From assembly GCA_030704615.1 (NCBI GenBank), contig CM060733.1, positions 70,680,001 through 70,744,000 of the forward strand: a DNA stretch of 64,000 bases, given 5' to 3'. Source of the stretch: Takakia lepidozioides (taxonomy: Eukaryota; Plantae; Bryophyta). The notes beneath the pieces are model-generated. The model saw only the letters and a list, made by a program, of their open reading frames with translations, had not been told where the DNA came from and searched no databases. Position numbers and translations under genes: made by a program. Shown here one piece after another: positions 12,675 through 26,889 of this stretch; position 1 is the stretch's first letter; each line of letters begins with the position of its first letter.

Positions 12675-15600
12675 CTAATAAACTTGAACATCATCATCCG
12701 GAGCCTCTTCATCCTCATCAAGCTGCAAGTCTTCTTCATCATCGGAGTCATCGTCATAAATGGCCCGGCTCTCAAAAGGCACCTCCGAATCATCCTCCAC
12801 CTCGTTGTCAAAAAAATGGGAATCTAGATGGGGCTTGTACAACTTCCGAGACAAGAACTGGAAAACGATATGGGGTTCTGTCTGGATTAAAACTCGTCCA
12901 TCAAAGATTGCAGCCTTCCTATGGCAAATAGTCAATAGGGTTCTCAAAGTGGGTGAATGGCTTCAGTTCCAGGGAGTAGTGATGTGTGCTTGTTGCTCAA
13001 CGGCGGTCCTGGAAACCTTATAACATTGTCTACTGACATGTCGTCTCCTTCTCCAACATCCGTATCTTCTAGACCTTCATCATATAGGGTCCAGGATGCA
13101 TTGTCCGGGGCGTCATCATCCTCTTCTACCCCCTCTACCCAACCTCCATCATCAGCATCATTATGACCAATCTCTCCGTCCACCGCAATTGCCTCACCCC
13201 ATGGAGATCCGAGACCATGATAGATACGTCTTCCTCTTGGCTGAGCATGCACAACCACCTTCTAATTCCCCCTCTTGTTTTGTCATCGGAGAAGAAAACT
13301 TGCTCCATGTCTGAAGGCCATGAAAAAGGCTCATCGGAGGGACGATGAGTAGGGTTGAGCCTATCTGAATTGACGTGCATGAAACCACAATCATCTTGCA
13401 CTAGTGTTGCGGAGGGCCCCACAAGATGTGGCTGGAACCACCTTCCCTTGAAGAGAAGAGGCTGGTACCTTGTATACTGAAGTTGGAGTATGCTCTCAAG
13501 CTCTCCAATGTACTCAAGTTTGCTCATAGCAGGTCGTGTATCTCCCTTGCCCCACACGGAGTCTTGCCAATATGTGGCACACAAGCCAGAATCAAAGGTT
13601 GTTTTGCGCTTCATGTCAAGAGCACGAATGCGGAAATGACGACCGTGAACCCAAACCGCCGTGTATGAGATCGTGAATTGAGAGGGGCCCTTGCAATGTC
13701 TTGCACCAAATCTGAAACCACCTCTCCTTGAGCAACGACATCATAAACTGAAGTCCGAAGCCGATATTGGAATGAATTTAGAGGCTGCAATTCCATGGGC
13801 AAATTTTGTGAAGAAACATTCCGGCGGCCCGCTCCTCGTCGTGGGCGTCTAGTAACCGGCCTTGGATGGTTCCGCCTCCATGCAAGCGTCTCCTCCTCTC
13901 GTTGCTGAACAAGATTATTGTATCTTGCCTCCCACTCATGTATGGATGGGGTGTTGTTCAAGTCTTGGCGACCACTGCTTCCACCAAGCGGCTGATGGAC
14001 TCTTCGGACAACTCTGTGGTCGCCCGAGTCATGCGCTTGCTCAATCACCAAGGTCGGCAATTTTACCCTCTTCGATTTTTTGGGCAAAACGATGTCATTG
14101 GTTCGTGCATCCTCCTGTTCCTTCCACATCTGAGGGGATTCCTCATCCACCCTTGCCATGTACTTTGTGCAATAGAACATAGCTTCTTGCAATGTATACC
14201 CCTCCGCCATGCTACCCTCCGGGTGCGCCATTTGTCTTACAAATCCTTTCAAAGTCTTCATATAACGCTCAAGGAAGTACATCCACTGGGAATGAGCGGG
14301 GCCGACAATCGAAGCCTCTTCCACTAAGTGCACTACCAAGTGCACTTGGATGTCAAAGAAGGAGGGAGGAAGGTGCATCTCCAACATACACATTAACCTC
14401 CTTCTTCATGCGTGGAAAATCTGCTTCTTCCAATTCTTTGGAGCAAATCCACCAGAACAAGCCTCCCAATCTATAGATTGTCTCACGAACCTCGGGAGTC
14501 AATGTCCCACGTACTGCAATGGGCAAGATGTCTTGCAATAGATTGTGGTAGTCATGAGACTTCAAACCATGGACCCCGTCTTCTTCGCTGAACTTCGTAC
14601 GGAGGGATGACCCATAACCAGTTGGTGTTCGGATAGCACTTATGGTGGCTATCACTTTCTTGTATTCCTCCTTTGTCCATTGCCAAGGTGCGCGCCTATA
14701 CTTCCACCGTACAACACCCTTTGGGTCCACACCATTTTGTTCGGCCCATAGATGGCGCATGCGACCCTGCTCCTCAAGCTCTTTTCTAACACTGAGAGAA
14801 TCTCCTTTTGCAGCCACTCCCTTCTTTGCCGGCATGCCATGAAGAACCCGAAAAAGGGACGAGCAGACATTCTTCTCAATATGCATGGGATCTAAAAGAT
14901 GGCGAATCTTCAGGTCCTACACATATCCCCACCCACAAAGACTTACACAAAAAAATTTACGTGAAAGTGACAATGCAACGCATACCAAATGTGCAATATC
15001 ACATGCATGCATAGGGATATGGACGGTGTTTTTGTGGAATATGTACCGCCCAATATGACAACTTGTAGAAGATTGAAAGTCGTTTCATGCCGGGCACGTC
15101 CACTTCACCGTCCGTGCCGGCATGGGCCTCCTTCCATCGGTCCTTCCAAAACTGCCCGGACGGTGTCATAGGGGGGGGACGTACTTCCTCTTTGCCATCA
15201 AACAAATGTTTCTCTCTTCTTCTCCATCGATGGCTCATAGGAAGAAATTTTAGTAGTTGGGATACACCATCTTGTGAAGATGGCGGGAGCTATGTGCATC
15301 AAGATCATCGCCACAATGCAAGCATGCATGGTACCCTTTGGTGCTTAGCCCCGAGCAAACAGTTAGTCCTGTACTACACATCCCGCCACATTAGCAAAAA
15401 CAAAAAGTTGTAATGTGCATGGCCCATAATGCCATCTACCCCACTACAAGACTGTCGCCGCTACTTCAATCAATCCCAATCCTCGTCCTCATCCGGCATT
15501 GACAAGTGAATGTACGCGGGTCGTTCATGGGGAACATAATATACCTGGATAATCATGCATTGTCCAAAGCAAGATGCCTCTCATCTAAAAAGATTGTCCG

Positions 15601-17050
15601 GCCATAGGGTCAAGTGAAGCATCCAATGCCGGGAGCCCTCTCCATAGCTCTTTAAGTTCATCAACAAGAGGTCGCAAGTACGTGTCCATGTTTGCCACTT
15701 GTTTTTTCCCTCTGAGACATTAACATCATTGTTTCAATGCTCCACCAATATGCAGATTATACTACAAAATGAATTACACATCTTACTCCATGATTATGTC
15801 ACTCATCAATCTTGCATCCGAATTGCGTCAAAGATCAAAAGTTTAATGTAAAGTCGAAGGCAATAATAAACATGAAATGAGTACACTCACCTGGCACAAT
15901 GGCAGCCAACATGATATGGCATTTTTTAATTGAAAGATACGGAGGGATGTTGTAATTCACCATGGTCACCGGCCAAGTGGAATGACTACATGACTGGATA
16001 GAGAATGGGTTGACCCCATCCGAGGAGAAGCCGAGGTGGACATGTCATGGGTCCTCCAAGAGAAAAGGCCACATCTCTTCAATATGTCTCCATGCTTGTG
16101 AATCTTGTGGCCCGCACACCTTTCCCGGGGGGCTCCGATGCGAGGCGTGCCATCTCATGAGTCTGGCCAATTTGGGGCTTCGGTACTGTGCCCTCAATCG
16201 CGGGATGATCGGAAAGTAATGCATTTCCTAGGATGAAATACCCCACGCCCCGCACATGTAATCATCCCATTAGCACACATAATACAACACCCTTATGCCT
16301 TTCCCTTTATGCAGCCTCTCCCTCATTTGGGTGTGAATGGTCAAAACCAAACGTCGCTCCTTCCACTCCTCACTCACTCCTTCCAAAACCACAATCAGAT
16401 CTTGCATGAGTACTACTATCTAATAATCTCCATGCGAGGGGGATGGCGCTTATACCTTGCGTGGTACATTTTTCCCTTGGACATCATCCCGATATCGGTC
16501 TTTCTTGCACTTTGGGCACTTGGTGAGATGCGAATCCTCTCCATAGTACAGGGTTTTATCACATGGACATGCATGAAAAATCTTATAGCCCATCCCCACA
16601 GAGTCCAAGACTTCGCGCGCCTTTTTCCGCGACCGTGGCATCTTGGGTTTCAAGTGTGGAACAAGGATATAGTCTGCAATAGTTCGCATTATGGCAGACA
16701 TCCCAACATTACTTATGCCAAATCAAATTTGAAGATTGAGCAAAAGTAAGATTGTTGAAAGTCGACGCACTTTCGCCCCTTCGTAGAAGGGAGTTCTCGC
16801 CTCCCTCTCCATGTCATTTGAGGGGGCCATTTCAGGATCATCGATTGGCCGGGTTCCCTCTTCATGGGATGCATCAGCGCCCACATGATGCATTAAGAGA
16901 TCCTCCATGGCTTGCACATCCTCCTGGTTAATTCCATGCTCATTGTTGTTGTCACTGTCACTATCACTGTCATCGTCATCATCGTTCGGTACCGTGGGGG
17001 CGGCGTCTCGCCCACGGCTCCCGCCTGATGTACTTGGGTTGTTTTCAGAT
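12675..17050 (-). pseudogene. CACTA A transposase (Transposase_21/DUF4218/DUF4216), intron-containing and disrupted
   Basis: Motifs YKIFHACPCDKTLY, SSDGVNPF, WTMHDYPG, MHIEKNVC, GLKSHDYH, PPSFFDIQVHLVVHL, WMYFLERYMKTLK and DEPFSWPS. Confidence 0.9.
12810..13025 (+). mobile_element. L1-type LINE fragment (zf-RVT region) inserted in the transposase 3' end
   Basis: WKTIWGSVWIKTRPSKIAAFLWQIVNRVLKVG..CACC....ETL; flanked by TTGTC on both sides. Confidence 0.7.
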
Positions 17051-18105
17051 GGGGTGCCAAGAAAGACCGGGAAGGGATGGACAAAGTCCTCGAACAAATG
17101 AACATAGGGACATATATTATAATGTGTCCTTGCAACCATACACTTCATTATAAGCGAAATGCAAACAACAACCTTCAATGTGTGTGTGCATCAAATATGT
17201 CATTCAATAATTACATGTATGTGCGCAACATACACGTATGCAAAATTTCAAACCCAAACAAAATCATTTGCCCCCCCAATGACGCATTCACCCTATCAAC
17301 CAATTTTTGTTTATTAATGTGAAAGAAAATCCTCTCATGCCATTGCACCCAACAAACGGATGTGGCTCAAGCTTCATTTTTTCCTACATGTGCTTAAATA
17401 TGTGTGCAACACCTGTACAAAGATCCAGCAGGTAAAAAATAAAAATAAAAAAATTGCCTCCCCAACGACGCACTCACCCTTGCACCAAATTTGAATTTCA
17501 ATCGATTTTAAATGAATTTAAAATAAATATTTGCATTTAGAAAATATATGATTGCGGTTTTGAGGGGCGTAATGATTTTATTTTTAGCTGAATTTTTTTC
17601 TGTGACATCGGGCTTTGCACCACTACAACCGGGCTTTGCACCACTACAACCATGCAAAAAAAGGGCAAAAAAAAATGGAAAAAAAATAAGTGTGTTTCTA
17701 GGGTCACTTTTACAGAACTCTCTATAAAGAGTGCATGAAGTTGAAGATAACTCAACTTTGGAATGCAAATGAGAGAACAAAATCTGGTTATGGGTCCAAA
17801 TGCCTTTTGTTTACTCCCAAATCTTGCACGCACAGTGCATCTGCTATCATTAAGCATATGGCTTGAAAATGGAATAAAAAAAAATTCATCTGCAGGCGAA
17901 ACACAATTTTCCGTCTCTATGACACGTAGCTGCATTCAACACTAGAATGACCCATTGAATCAACTTGGTCCAAGCTCATATTTGGTCCACATGTGCATAA
18001 GTATGTTTAGATCACATATGCAAAGTTGCAACCCACACGAGCAACAAGATTTTTTTTTACATCAATCGATTAATCGGATGTATACAAAGTACATCATGAG
18101 AATAT

Positions 18106-19576
18106 CTACAATGCCCCTCTACGCGATCCCTGTCTCAAAGGAACCCTATTTCTATCATACACATCCCACTCACGCTGTAATCGGAGGTCCCAATCATCCC
18201 GGGAGAACTCGTATGATGCAAATAGTTCGCTGCCAGCCCTAATAGTCCTACTAGCACATGTCATCACAAACATGTGCATCCCCTCACAGTATACTGACGT
18301 ATGACCACAAAAGCTCTCATGCCCATCGCTTCGCTCGTCCCATACTACATTGGTTCTCCTAAGATGACCAAAAGAACTATTGACCAGCCCAGCAACATTG
18401 CCGAAGATGTCGGGGTCACCATCACAAAATCTGATCTCAATGGGAGACAACCCCCGTCTACGTACATCCTGTCCGTTGACACACAAAATGTAGGGTAGGA
18501 TGTATGGGGCTTCGAGGCGTAATGTACGGAACTCCGCGGAGGTGTAGTATGGACCGTAGTAGGGAAACAAGTCCACCATGTTGTTTCTCCGAGGAGGAAC
18601 CACAATATGCAGGGTCTGTAACGGCTCTCACAACATACCGTCTCCCCCAATAATCGAACTCCACATTTTCTCGGATGGGGGTGGGAGGGTCGAGATGATT
18701 CCCCCAACAACGAGGCTGGATGGTCCTCAGTAACATAGTCCTATGCGCTTCCCATCGGGGGCGAGGATCCGGCTTAGGCCGCCCAAGCCGAAGGGGAAAA
18801 CCTAGGGCGAAGCCGACCCCTCCTAGGGGTTCGGGGGGCACATGCACGTGGAGGTGGAGGTGGAGGTGGAGATGGTACTGCTGGCGGAGGAGATGAAAGT
18901 GGAGGTGGTTGAGATGTAATGTCGGAGGTGCAGCCGGGGGTACAACGTCCGGATCAGGTACAACCGGAGGTGGATCAGGCAAAGAAACAAACGGGGGGGG
19001 GGGGGGGGGGCTGCTCGTCGCCGGCCATAACGCCTACGACACCTATGATACCCCTCGACCCTACGCATCTCATCTACGTGCTGCTGGGGGAACCAACTGG
19101 TCACATCGGGCACATGCTCTGGCACAAATTCTGCAAGTAGACCGGCGCGAAATGCCTCCTGTGCAATGTGATTGCGAGCTTGGGCATCAAGTCGTGGCTG
19201 CAATGTGCGTAGTGAACGACGTATCAATACTTATGTCGTAATTTTGATTCATGTATGCTTACCAATCATACTATATTATTAGATAAACCTAAATGTACCT
19301 TGAATGAATGTTAATGAGAGGAGTGGGAAAAACACTCACCTTTGCCGCATCCGCAATCTTGTTCTTCTTGTAATGTTTTTTGACAACATGCGGTCGCCGC
19401 CTCGGTGGTCTGGTGCCGCCAGGCGGTATCCGTTCCCAACACTTAGTGCACCAACACTCAATCCTGTCGTGGAAGGGGGGGGGGGTCAAAGGTGGATGTG
19501 GTTGGACGGGGTGGCCCCCAAGGGGGCAACCCGTGGCACGCCCGACTCGATCCCGGAGTGTCAGCATCCTCCGCAT
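18106..19576 (-). pseudogene. CACTA cargo gene: Zn-finger exon, Pro-rich linker and SET-domain-like protein
   Basis: Exon 19576-19340 (CWCTKC..H, AAG|GTGAG) joins in frame to the acceptor at 19197. SET-like motifs FPYYG, DG..GNVAGLVNSS..N and ASRTIRAGSELFASY. Frameshifts near 19000 and 18600. Confidence 0.7.
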
Positions 19577-19929
19577 CACCTGAAATTTGGCCTGATTAGG
19601 AACATTCCAGATCAAAAACAAAAAAAACCAAGCATGTCGGGGGCTGAGAGCAGCAAGTGCTCGAGGTCTCGAGAGGGGGCAACAAAGAGAAAAGAAAAAG
19701 GTGGGGGGAGGGAAGTGACTGAGCACCACCAGCAGTTGCTGAGCACCACGGGCTCAGTTACTCCCCCCCCCCCCCCCCATTTTTTTTTTTTTTTTGGTTT
19801 CCTGATCTCTCCCTCTCTCTGTCCCTCTCTGTCCCTCTGTCCCTCTCCCTCTCTCTCTCTCTCTCCCTCCCTCTTTTTTTTGCTGTTCACAAAAGTAAAC
19901 AAACCACAAGGGAGAGAGGGTGCAGAAAA

Positions 19930-20870
19930 AAGTTAAAAGATTGTACTCATAAGACGTTGTTTGCCGTAGCCTTGTGGCCATTGACCCCGCGCCCAGTTTG
20001 AGCGGAAACAAAAGGGACAGAACCTGCCTCTGTCAAGGGCTGACGTTGATAGTAAGACTTACCTTCATATATAGAATTAATCTGGGTTTTCCATATATCC
20101 TCTAGAAATCCCTTCACACAAGCATCAAACTGTTGTGTGTGATTTGCCCAATAACTAGGCCTCAGGAGGGCCTGGGCTTTTGGCTCAGCCTTGAGACTTT
20201 CAAAGTTGGTAAACAGAGGTACAGGCACAATTCCCTTGATAGATTTGAAGAGAGCGTCTCTTTGGTGAGAGAACCCCGAACAGTGTATCAGAAAATGTGT
20301 ACTGTCTTCAGATTGCCCACACAATGGGCAATTGCACTCTCCCTTTCCTCTCTGCTTCTGTTTGTTGTTCAAAGGTAGGCTTCCTACCTGAGTTTAAATT
20401 TCAGTCTAGTGCCGAGAGTGGGTAGACCCTTGAGGTCATCCAAGATGTCCTCCCCCATGTCACTGACTGGAAACAAGTTCAGGGAAGTTTTCTACCTAAC
20501 TTCATTTTCATCAGACGATCTCATGGCAACAGACATGGCTTTGGACACTACAGCCTCTAAGTCAGATTTATCCAGCAGGGTCAAGACTTGCGGCTCCAGG
20601 TCCAGGTCCTTGAGAATCTCTCTTCTGCCAGGACTTAGCCTATTTGACAAGGCGGTCCTGTTTCCAAGATATACAGTCGATTAACTTAGGATATCCGGTG
20701 TTGGGCATATGTTGCAGCTGACCCCACCATCTGACCTTGAATTCATCTCGTCGGGAGCTTAAGGAGGGAATGCCAAACTCACCCCAAACAGCCACATTGG
20801 CTGTTTTGGAGCATGCTGACATACACTCCTTAAGCACCCCCACTTGAATGGATTCTAGAGACTTAGCGTG
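19930..20870 (-). mobile_element. 3' fragment of a non-LTR retrotransposon (RTEX/CR1-like C-terminus with CCHC finger)
   Basis: SKTANVAVWGEFG and CPLCGQSEDSTHFLIHC. Related pieces lie in the opposite orientation at 23085-23360 and 25280-25720. Confidence 0.7.
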
Positions 20871-22479
20871 GGAGAGAGTGGGAGAGGGAAGATATTCACG
20901 TCATGTCAAGACATGGACAAGACCCATAAGGATCATTGTCAATTAAAGACATAAACAGCCCTGGATAGGGCACTATCTCACATTTCCAGTCTTGTCAAAT
21001 CATCCCAAAAGACACCACCCAATCATCCAAGACAAAACAGGGTGGGAGGGCAGGGTTTGTTCTTGTGTGGGACAAGATAAGATATTGTTGTCCCTGTGCA
21101 TGTTGCAAGGCCTCTTGGTGCAGCCTGTACATATACCAGCAGCTTACCAATTCAACCATTAACTATGGCAGGTCATGCATCAGCCAAGGCATAAGGACCA
21201 GCCTGCATTTTGTCAGAATCTCAGTATCCCACCAAGCAGTCCAACTTGATCCAGATGAAGTAGATTCCATATCATTTGTATTCACCCCAAGACATGTGAT
21301 CATACAAGGTATCAAGGGAATGTGAATGCAGCCTGTCAGGTTGAAGACTTGTACCAACAAATAACATGAACAGCCGAGATCCAGCCTCTTTTGTATAAAA
21401 AACAAATGGCAGGTCATAGGCCTGATGTCATGATAGATCCAAAACAGTAGGTAGGATTCCATTGCAGCTTACCATCCTCATCCTTCAGGAGTTCCATGCT
21501 AAGACATGCAAAGAACACCTTGCTACAATCCAGTACACATCAGAAGTAGGCCTGACAAGGAGCAGGGCAGTACCCTACCAGGCTGCCGCCTTAAACTTCA
21601 TGGCCATCAGATCCATAGTTACCCAAAACCGCAAAAAACATACCACCAAAAACCAGATCCTCTTTGGCCAAAATAACTTACAACCTAGCTTAGTAATCCA
21701 CAGGCTGTGCTGTCAAAGATTAAAAGGTAGGGTGTGGTTTGTATGCAAGCCTCAGGAAACAAGCCCGTCAGGCCGAGCTGCACATCGGCGGCAGAACGAC
21801 AAAAGCCAGAACGCAGGCTAGAGCATATCAAGTCAAGGGCAGTTGGGTTGAAATCGGGGCTGCAGCCAGCAGCCACCTCACAGCGCGCACAACCCTAGGT
21901 CTCCTCAGCCCATATCCCAATCTGCATGCTCAAGAAACTTCAAAGTAGGCGAGGATCCTTACCTGGTCCCATCACAAGCCCCCACAAAAACCAACAGGTT
22001 AGTGAGGATTGTGGAACCCCAGGTGAATCACAAACCCTCACACTTGTCATCGATGTCAACTAAGAAACTCAAAAGCAAGAGAAAGAGATAAGAACATGAG
22101 AATCCCTAAACTCCAAAGGCACCTTAAGCGATTGGGGATTATGCGCCATCACCACCCGCAGCAAGCCGCCTCCACAAAGCACATAAGCAATGAAGCAAAG
22201 CAGGCACAAACGCGAGGCACTAGAAAAGAGGGAGAGAACTTCCCATCATAAGCATCCTTGCTAAGCACAGAAAAAGCCAGAGGCGGGAAGATGCCACTGC
22301 TTTCATAGCGGTGTTTCCCGCTGCAAGAGAGACAAGGCGCCGCCTTCGCGCCCCCCAGGCGCTCGTCTAGCATGGGTACGACACCACAAACGGGGCAGCC
22401 ACCGAAGCACGCCCGCCATAACATTCTCCTCGCGAGCTCAGAAGCACATCGCGTGCTTCTGACAGCGGGAGAGACGACA

Positions 22480-23903
22480 TAGGGTTGTCCCCCGATTTTT
22501 CATCCATGGATGAAAAATGATAGGACGAATCCATATACCCTGACGGATTTCATCCGTAGCCAGGCTAAAAATAGGTTTTGGGGTAGGGTTAGGGTTTCCA
22601 CCGTAATAAATCATAATTAGGGGTAGTAAAGATCAATTCCAGGTCATAATCACATCACCCATAGACAACTCACTTGTGTCAGGATGAAAAAGTAGGGAAT
22701 ATCATCCGTGGCAGCACCTTACCTCCATCTAGGTAATTCTATCATTCCTTTCCAGACCATCCGGTATGGATAACAAAAGTCAATAAAAGAGGAATGAAAA
22801 ATTATCACCCTGGTAGTTTTTCATCCGGTACGGATGGAAAAACAGGATGCTGTTGGCAACCTCCATAGAGGTAATTCTTTTCTTCCATGGTGACTCATCC
22901 GGTATGGATGAGAGTCAATAGAGGAGGAATGAAAAGGCCAAAAGAACCATCCTAGAGGTAATTCAGTGTCCATCCTGGTGGCTCATCCGGTATGGATGAA
23001 AAAGCCTGATAGAGGAATAAAAAATCCACACTGATAGCAAACTGCCAATTCCCAGTAGAGAGGGAGAGAGAGGGAGAGAGGGGGGTTCTCTCACCAAAGA
23101 GACGCTCTCTTCAAATCTATCAAGGGAATTGTGCATGTACCTCTGTTTACTAACTTTGAAAAAGTCGAGGCTGAGCCAAAAGCCCAGCCCCTTCTGAGGC
23201 CTAGTTTTTGGGCAACTCACACACAGCATATTGATGCTTGTGTGAAGGGATTTGTAGAGGATATATGGAAAACCTGGATTAATTCTATATGTGAAGGTAA
23301 GTCTTACTACCAACGTCAGCCCCTGACAGAGGTAGGATCTGTCCCTTTTGTTTCCCCAAGAGAGGGGGCAACAAAGAAAAACAGAGAATGTGGGGGGGGG
23401 GAGTGACTGAGCAGCAGCAGCAGCTGCTCAGTCACTCCCCCCCCCCCCCCACCTTCTTTTCTTTTCTTTGTTGCCCCCTGATGTCTCCCTCTCACTCCCT
23501 CTCTCTGTCCCTCTCTCTCCCTCTCTCCCTCTCCCTCTATAACTCTTTGGATTTCATCTGGCCTTAACCTTTTGAGGTTATTTAGTTTTTCATCCCAGCC
23601 TTTTTCATCCAAATCTGGATGATTTTATTATAGGGTGATGAAACTTAATATACAGAAAGCTGGATTTACCATCTATTTCTTTCATCTAAACTGGATGATC
23701 TACATAAATAATGGTTACCTATTATAAAATCCAAGAGAATAATAAAACTACCATCATAAATTATGGCAGTTATTAAACCTAAGCCTATACCATAACCCTA
23801 AAAGATACATTTCTATGGGATGTCATCCATTGACAAAGTGCCTCTCTTGATAAAATGTGATATTTCATCCACCCTGGATGAAAAATCGGAAAGTTTTGCC
23901 CTA
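22480..23903. mobile_element. Possible non-autonomous hAT-like element with CATCCGGTATGGATG palindromes; contains a LINE fragment
   Basis: Ends TAGGG...CCCTA, with the inverted sequence CCGATTTTTCATCCA near both ends. No matching TSD found. Confidence 0.4.
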
Positions 23904-25279
23904 AGCAGGCCGACACACTTCACAGCACTGAACTCGTGCTTCAGTGAACCTTGATGATGCGCCGTATAAACCTGCTCCCCTGCTGCTACATGGTACTCGT
24001 GATGGCTGGCTCTTGGGATGCGCATTGGTGGTTAAACAAATTCTTCTCTGGCAGACGACAAAGCCGTGATCGCTTTGATCATAAACTCATGGTTCTTTAT
24101 TTTGCAGCGGCGCTTTTACTCCTTGTTGGGAAGTACTCTATCCCTATTTATCTACAGATTACATGTTGCTCTCTCTTTGTGTATGAGCCATTCTCTATCT
24201 GTGAACGCTTCTACTCTGATTGCGTTCTGTTGGAGACGATCTGTTGGACGCCATGGCGCAGGGCATACCACAAACACTCAAGGTTTTTTGAGTTTACCAT
24301 TGCTTGAATTGTGATCTGTACTTGCTTTAGAATTCAACACTGACATGGATAGCAACTGTGAAGACCTGCCATTTACCTGCTGCATCCTCACTAACACACA
24401 TCGCTATGTGGTGGTTTTTGGGACGGGCACAGGTGAGGGTCTTCACTTGTCTTGATTTCTTGAAGCTTGCAGTTCCTGTTCTTGCAAATGTGGATAATGC
24501 TGCTGCCTAAGCTGCTGATGCCATCTGCTATTTCAAACTGCCACCATGCCGCTTCAGACCTGCTCCAAGATGGCTCCAATGAGGGTCTGCTTCTCTCCTT
24601 ACCCCTGTTTATGGTTTTTTACAACCACATTTGCATGTGTAGGAGTTAAGCTATGAAGGATACAAGGATACAAAATAGCAGTTATTACTCTGACTGCCTT
24701 GATACTTGGCTCTGAAATGAGACTTCTTGGTATGACTCTGATGGATCAAAAGGATAGGCTTTGATAGATAACACACATTCTTCAAGGCCCTCATATCATT
24801 TTGGTTTCATGGCTTGATAACAAACAGGGGTTTCTGAGCTGCTCTTTCACCTTGGCAGAACTATTTTATGAGGCCTTAAAATACCATTCTAGGCCTATAC
24901 CTGCTTAAGGGGGCTCTACCCTGTTGTTTCTTCTTCCTTTTTAAGAATCTTGCTTATATCTTGGTTCTAAAACATCATCTTCAAACCAAACCTGCAATCT
25001 GGTTTTTGAAATGAGTTTTTAATGGATTTTTGAGATGATGATGTATACTATGGTGCTTTCATGATATGAATGACCTGGAATCCCACCCTCCCGCCCTGTT
25101 TTTTCAGAGACCCTAAAATGTAATGGGGTATTCAAATGAGATTGTAAACATGAAAGAGAATGTTAGATGGTGCCCTGTAAAGGGCTGTTTTGTCTTTCAA
25201 TGACAATGACCTTAGCGGTCTTGTCCATGTCTTGACATGACATGTATATCTTCCCTCTCTTCTGTGCTACTCTATTTTA

Positions 25280-25720
25280 AGCTCCCGACACCCTAAATTC
25301 AAGGTCAGATGGTGGGTTCAGCTGCAACATATGTCCAACACCAGATATCCTAAGTTAATCGACTCTATATCTTGGAAACAGGACCGCCCTGTCAAACAGG
25401 GTGAGCCCTAGGAGAATAGAGTATAAGAGATTCTCAAGGATCTGAATCTGGACCCGCAAGTCTTGACCTTGCTGGATAAACCTGACTTAGAGAGTGTAGT
25501 GTCCAAAGCCATGTCTGTTACCAGAAAATTGTCCGATGAAAATGAAGTTAGGAAGAAAACTTCCCTGAACCTGTTTCCAGTCTGTGACATGGGGGAGGAC
25601 ATCATGGATGCGCTCAAGGGTCTATCTCACTCTTGGCACCAGACCTAAATTTAAAGTCAGGGCAGGAAGACTACCTTTGAACAGTAAACAGAAGCAGAGA
25701 GGAAAGGGAGGGTGCAATTT
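25280..25720 (+). mobile_element. LINE fragment, inverted homolog of 20340-20740
   Basis: Direct nucleotide similarity (TLLDKPDLESVVSKAMSV...). Confidence 0.7.
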
Positions 25721-26889
25721 CCCTGACGTACCTCTGCTGCTGCGGTGTTGTCGCGGCTGTCAGCGGCGCGAGTCCCAGCCGCTGCAGGGCGTCTCTCCCC
25801 CGCTCACCACGGCTCTCTCTCTCTCTTCAGCTCGTTAGGTCGCGCCTCTGCGCGGCGTTCCTACCACACAGGAGAGAGAGACATCAGCCCGTGCTTAGGG
25901 CAAGTAAAAAAGACAGAAAGTGAGGGAGGAGGCAGTGCTTACTTTGGGCGTTGGAGCGGCGTTGGGGCAAACTCCTTGGGGCCTTGCGACCACCTTGGGC
26001 TCAGCAGCAGGTGCGTTTCTCCTCCACCCTAAACCCCACTCTCTGAACTACATCTCTCCCAAAGAACAAACGAAAAAGGGACGGGAAAGAGATGCTTCAA
26101 GCACTTAGGGAAAAAAAGGGCGCGGCGCCCACGTGCGACGCCCAGCCGTTGCACGCCTGCGCCTGCCCTTTTTTGAAATGTAAAAGTGAAGTTTGCGACG
26201 GCTGGCCGTCGTTTCTTATGACCCCCGGCCATAAATATAAAAAAACACGTCGCCCCCCGCGACGGCTGTCCGTCGCGGGGTGCGACCCCCAGGTAAAAAA
26301 CAAAAAAAAACTCGTCGTCCAATCCGACGCCAGGGTGTCGCAGGAGGCGACCGCCGGCCTTTCTGGATTTACGGTTTAGGGCCTTTTGGGTTTCTTAGTT
26401 TTTATTTTATTTATTTATTTTTTCATATGGTAGTGGGTTAGGGTGTTTGCTTTTCTTTATGGTGCTGGGTTTTGGATTGGCGGTTTTGGTTGTGGGTCTT
26501 GGGGTTAAAAGGATAAACGGTGTAAATTAGGATTCACATACCCAAAATGTGGTTCAATCTGATAATCGCAAAGCGCTGGGTCTCAACAAATTTTTCCATA
26601 GTGTGAGCATCCTGAAGATAGAACGAGATGAAGGATTTATTGTCTTGGGCTCTAGCACCATAGAGGAAGGATTTGTGTGTTGGTGGTGTGTGTTAATTCG
26701 GGAGGTTGTTGCTGAGCCGGATGCTCAGTTGAGCACACCCCCGGCAACCAAGATGGGTGAAATGTACCTTGGCAAGCACATCACCCGTTCGGGGGCCCAG
26801 TATGGCCACCTTTTGGTCACCCCATAGCGACCCCTTCCTCCGCAGCAAAGGCTGCACTTGCCAAGGCCCAACGTCAGGTTCAAGGGTCT

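Noticed and set aside
15442-15452. Internal CACTAC sequence as a nested CACTA end
   Set aside because: Lies in a transposase intron; no partner TIR or TSD found.
17498-18071. Insertion bounded by the 10-bp direct repeat TCAATCGATT
   Set aside because: No TIRs or tail; the match could be chance in AT-rich DNA.
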